Shown: one piece after another, positions 62,611 through 64,000 of the stretch
Numbering within the stretch: the first letter of the stretch is position 1
How the letters are laid out: every line of letters begins with the position of its first letter
Source of the DNA: an uncultured virus (IMG/VR IMGVR_UViG_3300024518_000036)
Lineage: Duplodnaviria; Heunggongvirae; Uroviricota; Caudoviricetes
DNA: 64,000 nt
Reading direction: 5' to 3' (one strand)
Virus record (IMG/VR): IMGVR_UViG_3300024518_000036
Notes under the pieces: generated by a model
What the model was told of the DNA's origin: nothing
The model's input: the letters and a program-made list of their open reading frames with translations, nothing else
The model's database searches: none
Translations under genes and position numbers: made by a program

Positions 62611-63148
62611 CATTTTGCTCTGGCTTGAACTCCTCCCACAACTCGTCGATCTTCCTGTTCACGTCGTAAGGCTGCTCTGGCTCTTCCACGACGGCAGCAA
62701 GAGCATGAAGGTCGCCAAGATCTGCAGCCCACCACACCCAGAAGTTCGCGGTGTGATTCGACCGCCAGCCCGTGTACTCCGGGCCTTCTCTCACTCCGAT
62801 GGTCTCTCCGTACTTGCGGCAAGCAAGCCACGCCGAGGTGCGGGAAGTGACGACGACAACAAGGTTGTCTTTCCGGCGGGAAGCTCGGCTCTTGCTGACA
62901 GCGAAGACCCGATGGGTCTGGGATGCTCGCCAGAACCCGATACCTCTCCTCACCTCAAGAGGCAAGTCCGTGGTTCGAGTCACCGGATCGTCGTCAGCCA
63001 TCACTACCTCCAGTCGTCGGGTCGGGCAGGAGTTGAAGAAAGGGACCGGCACCTGTCGGCTCCGGTCCACTGTCCTCCCGCTCGCTCCTCTGCACTTCAC
63101 GATCGGCCATCTCCAACCAGTAGAGCTGGTCTTCAATCTCGTTGACAT
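62603..63148 (-). CDS. Hypothetical protein (true start probably near 63001)
   Basis: GGAGGT RBS precedes the internal MADDD. Confidence 0.5.
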   Translation of the reverse strand: MSTRLKTSSTGWRWPIVKCRGASGRTVDRSRQVPVPFFNSCPTRRLEVVMADDDPVTRTTDLPLEVRRGIGFWRASQTHRVFAVSKSRASRRKDNLVVVVTSRTSAWLACRKYGETIGVREGPEYTGWRSNHTANFWVWWAADLGDLHALAAVVEEPEQPYDVNRKIDELWEEFKPEQNAS

Positions 63149-63701
63149 CCTCTCCTGCGTCTTCGGCCCAGGCCCGAAGGCGTGGCCCGTTGATAGGAAG
63201 AAGGGTCGGGAGGTCGAAGCCCTGCTCCGGGCGCCGAACAGGTTTGCGTCGCCACCGACTCAGGTAGCGCCGGGAGACAGTGGTCCCCGTAGCGGCTTCG
63301 GCCTTGCAAAAGGCGCTGCTGATCACCCGCTCGAAGCGGTTGCGCTCGTTCTTCGGTACGTGGGCCCACAGCTGCAAGACGCAGCCGGTCATCGACGGCT
63401 CTCCGTACCCGTAGAACGCCACTTGAACGTCCTCCCAAGCGTAGGAGAGGTTCTCTTCGTCAGGACGGCCTCCATACCCGAAGTCGATGTAAGCGATGCT
63501 GAATACAGCAAACTTGAACTTCTTGTAGGCACGCTGGAATTGCACGGTCCGCTTGCTCGACTTCGCGTAGCTGTCCAGAATCTTCTCTGCTTCCTTGTAA
63601 GCAAATCGATCCGATTGGTGTTTCATGTAGTTTCTCTGGAGGGGTAGAAAGGAGGTGGGGAGGGCGCCCCTACTTGAGAGAGGCGCCCGGTAGGTGTTCA
63701 T
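62994..63701 (-). CDS. Hypothetical protein (start uncertain)
   Basis: Long ORF in the same orientation as its neighbours. Confidence 0.55.
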   Translation of the reverse strand: MNTYRAPLSSRGALPTSFLPLQRNYMKHQSDRFAYKEAEKILDSYAKSSKRTVQFQRAYKKFKFAVFSIAYIDFGYGGRPDEENLSYAWEDVQVAFYGYGEPSMTGCVLQLWAHVPKNERNRFERVISSAFCKAEAATGTTVSRRYLSRWRRKPVRRPEQGFDLPTLLPINGPRLRAWAEDAGEDVNEIEDQLYWLEMADREVQRSEREDSGPEPTGAGPFLQLLPDPTTGGSDG

Positions 63702-63707
63702 GGGAAG

Positions 63708-63998
63708 CTACTTCTTCTCTTCGACCGGAATGTGCCCCCCGTTCTTGAGTGCAAGGGCGCGCCCCTTGCTCAACAACCGAGAAGCAGCCCGCTCCACCTC
63801 GTACTGCATGAACATGTCGTCTTCGCTCTGTGCTGCCAGAGTGATGGCGTCGATGACCGAGGCGAGCATCCCGCCCGGAGTGGTCGTGACATCAGAGAGC
63901 GCAGCCTGCGCACCCTTGACCACCCGCTCCGGAACCGCAGGCATGAGCCCCAGCTCCTGCTCCAGCCACACGAAGGCGTTGTCGATGCCAATATCCAT
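63708..63998 (-). CDS. Hypothetical protein, may extend beyond the window
   Basis: Helical ORF at the window edge. Confidence 0.55.
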   Translation of the reverse strand: MDIGIDNAFVWLEQELGLMPAVPERVVKGAQAALSDVTTTPGGMLASVIDAITLAAQSEDDMFMQYEVERAASRLLSKGRALALKNGGHIPVEEKK

Positions 63999-64000
63999 CG

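Larger units (their letters stand above)
1..64000. mobile_element. Internal segment of a large virus/provirus genome, probably tailless and membrane-containing
   Basis: Coupled ORFs mostly of unknown function plus endolysin, lytic transglycosylase, recombinase, SNF2, DEDDh exonuclease, ParB-like, RHH regulators and many tail-anchored proteins; no host core genes; no ends or att sites seen. Confidence 0.8.

Overview
The whole window (GC-rich, densely coding, no rRNA, tRNA or housekeeping genes seen) reads as an internal piece of a large (>64 kb) bacterial virus or provirus genome. A host-like lipoprotein with DCDD (MopE-like) and FG-GAP repeats suggests a Myxococcota-type host (inference). I see no terminase, portal, HK97 capsid or tail genes. 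The 1-47 kb region instead holds a candidate jelly-roll major capsid protein (28174-28887) with several other small beta-rich proteins, about 13 C-terminally membrane-anchored proteins, very basic core-like proteins and two giant proteins (1762 and 2469 aa, the latter with SLOG and ASCH-like domains). It also has a transglutaminase-like Cys-His-Glu protease, a muramidase endolysin, a membrane-anchored lytic transglycosylase, a tyrosine recombinase, an SNF2 helicase, a DEDDh exonuclease and a variant SOD. This fits a tailless, membrane-containing virus. Three cross-cutting patterns stand out. (1) A basic-patch/x-x-N-P motif and related short motifs (G-D-L-A-L-E-N, F-x-P-S) recur in many unrelated proteins and sit at domain boundaries, suggesting a processing or packaging code. 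(2) A GTRGCACYCG box lies upstream of about 12 genes at helically phased distances (38-41, 48-50, 60-61 nt) from a TAGACT-like -10 element, with several apparently leaderless starts. (3) A 19-28 bp gene-junction sequence links non-homologous small genes in the 54-61 kb accessory region. All family calls are by eye from motifs; no searches were run.
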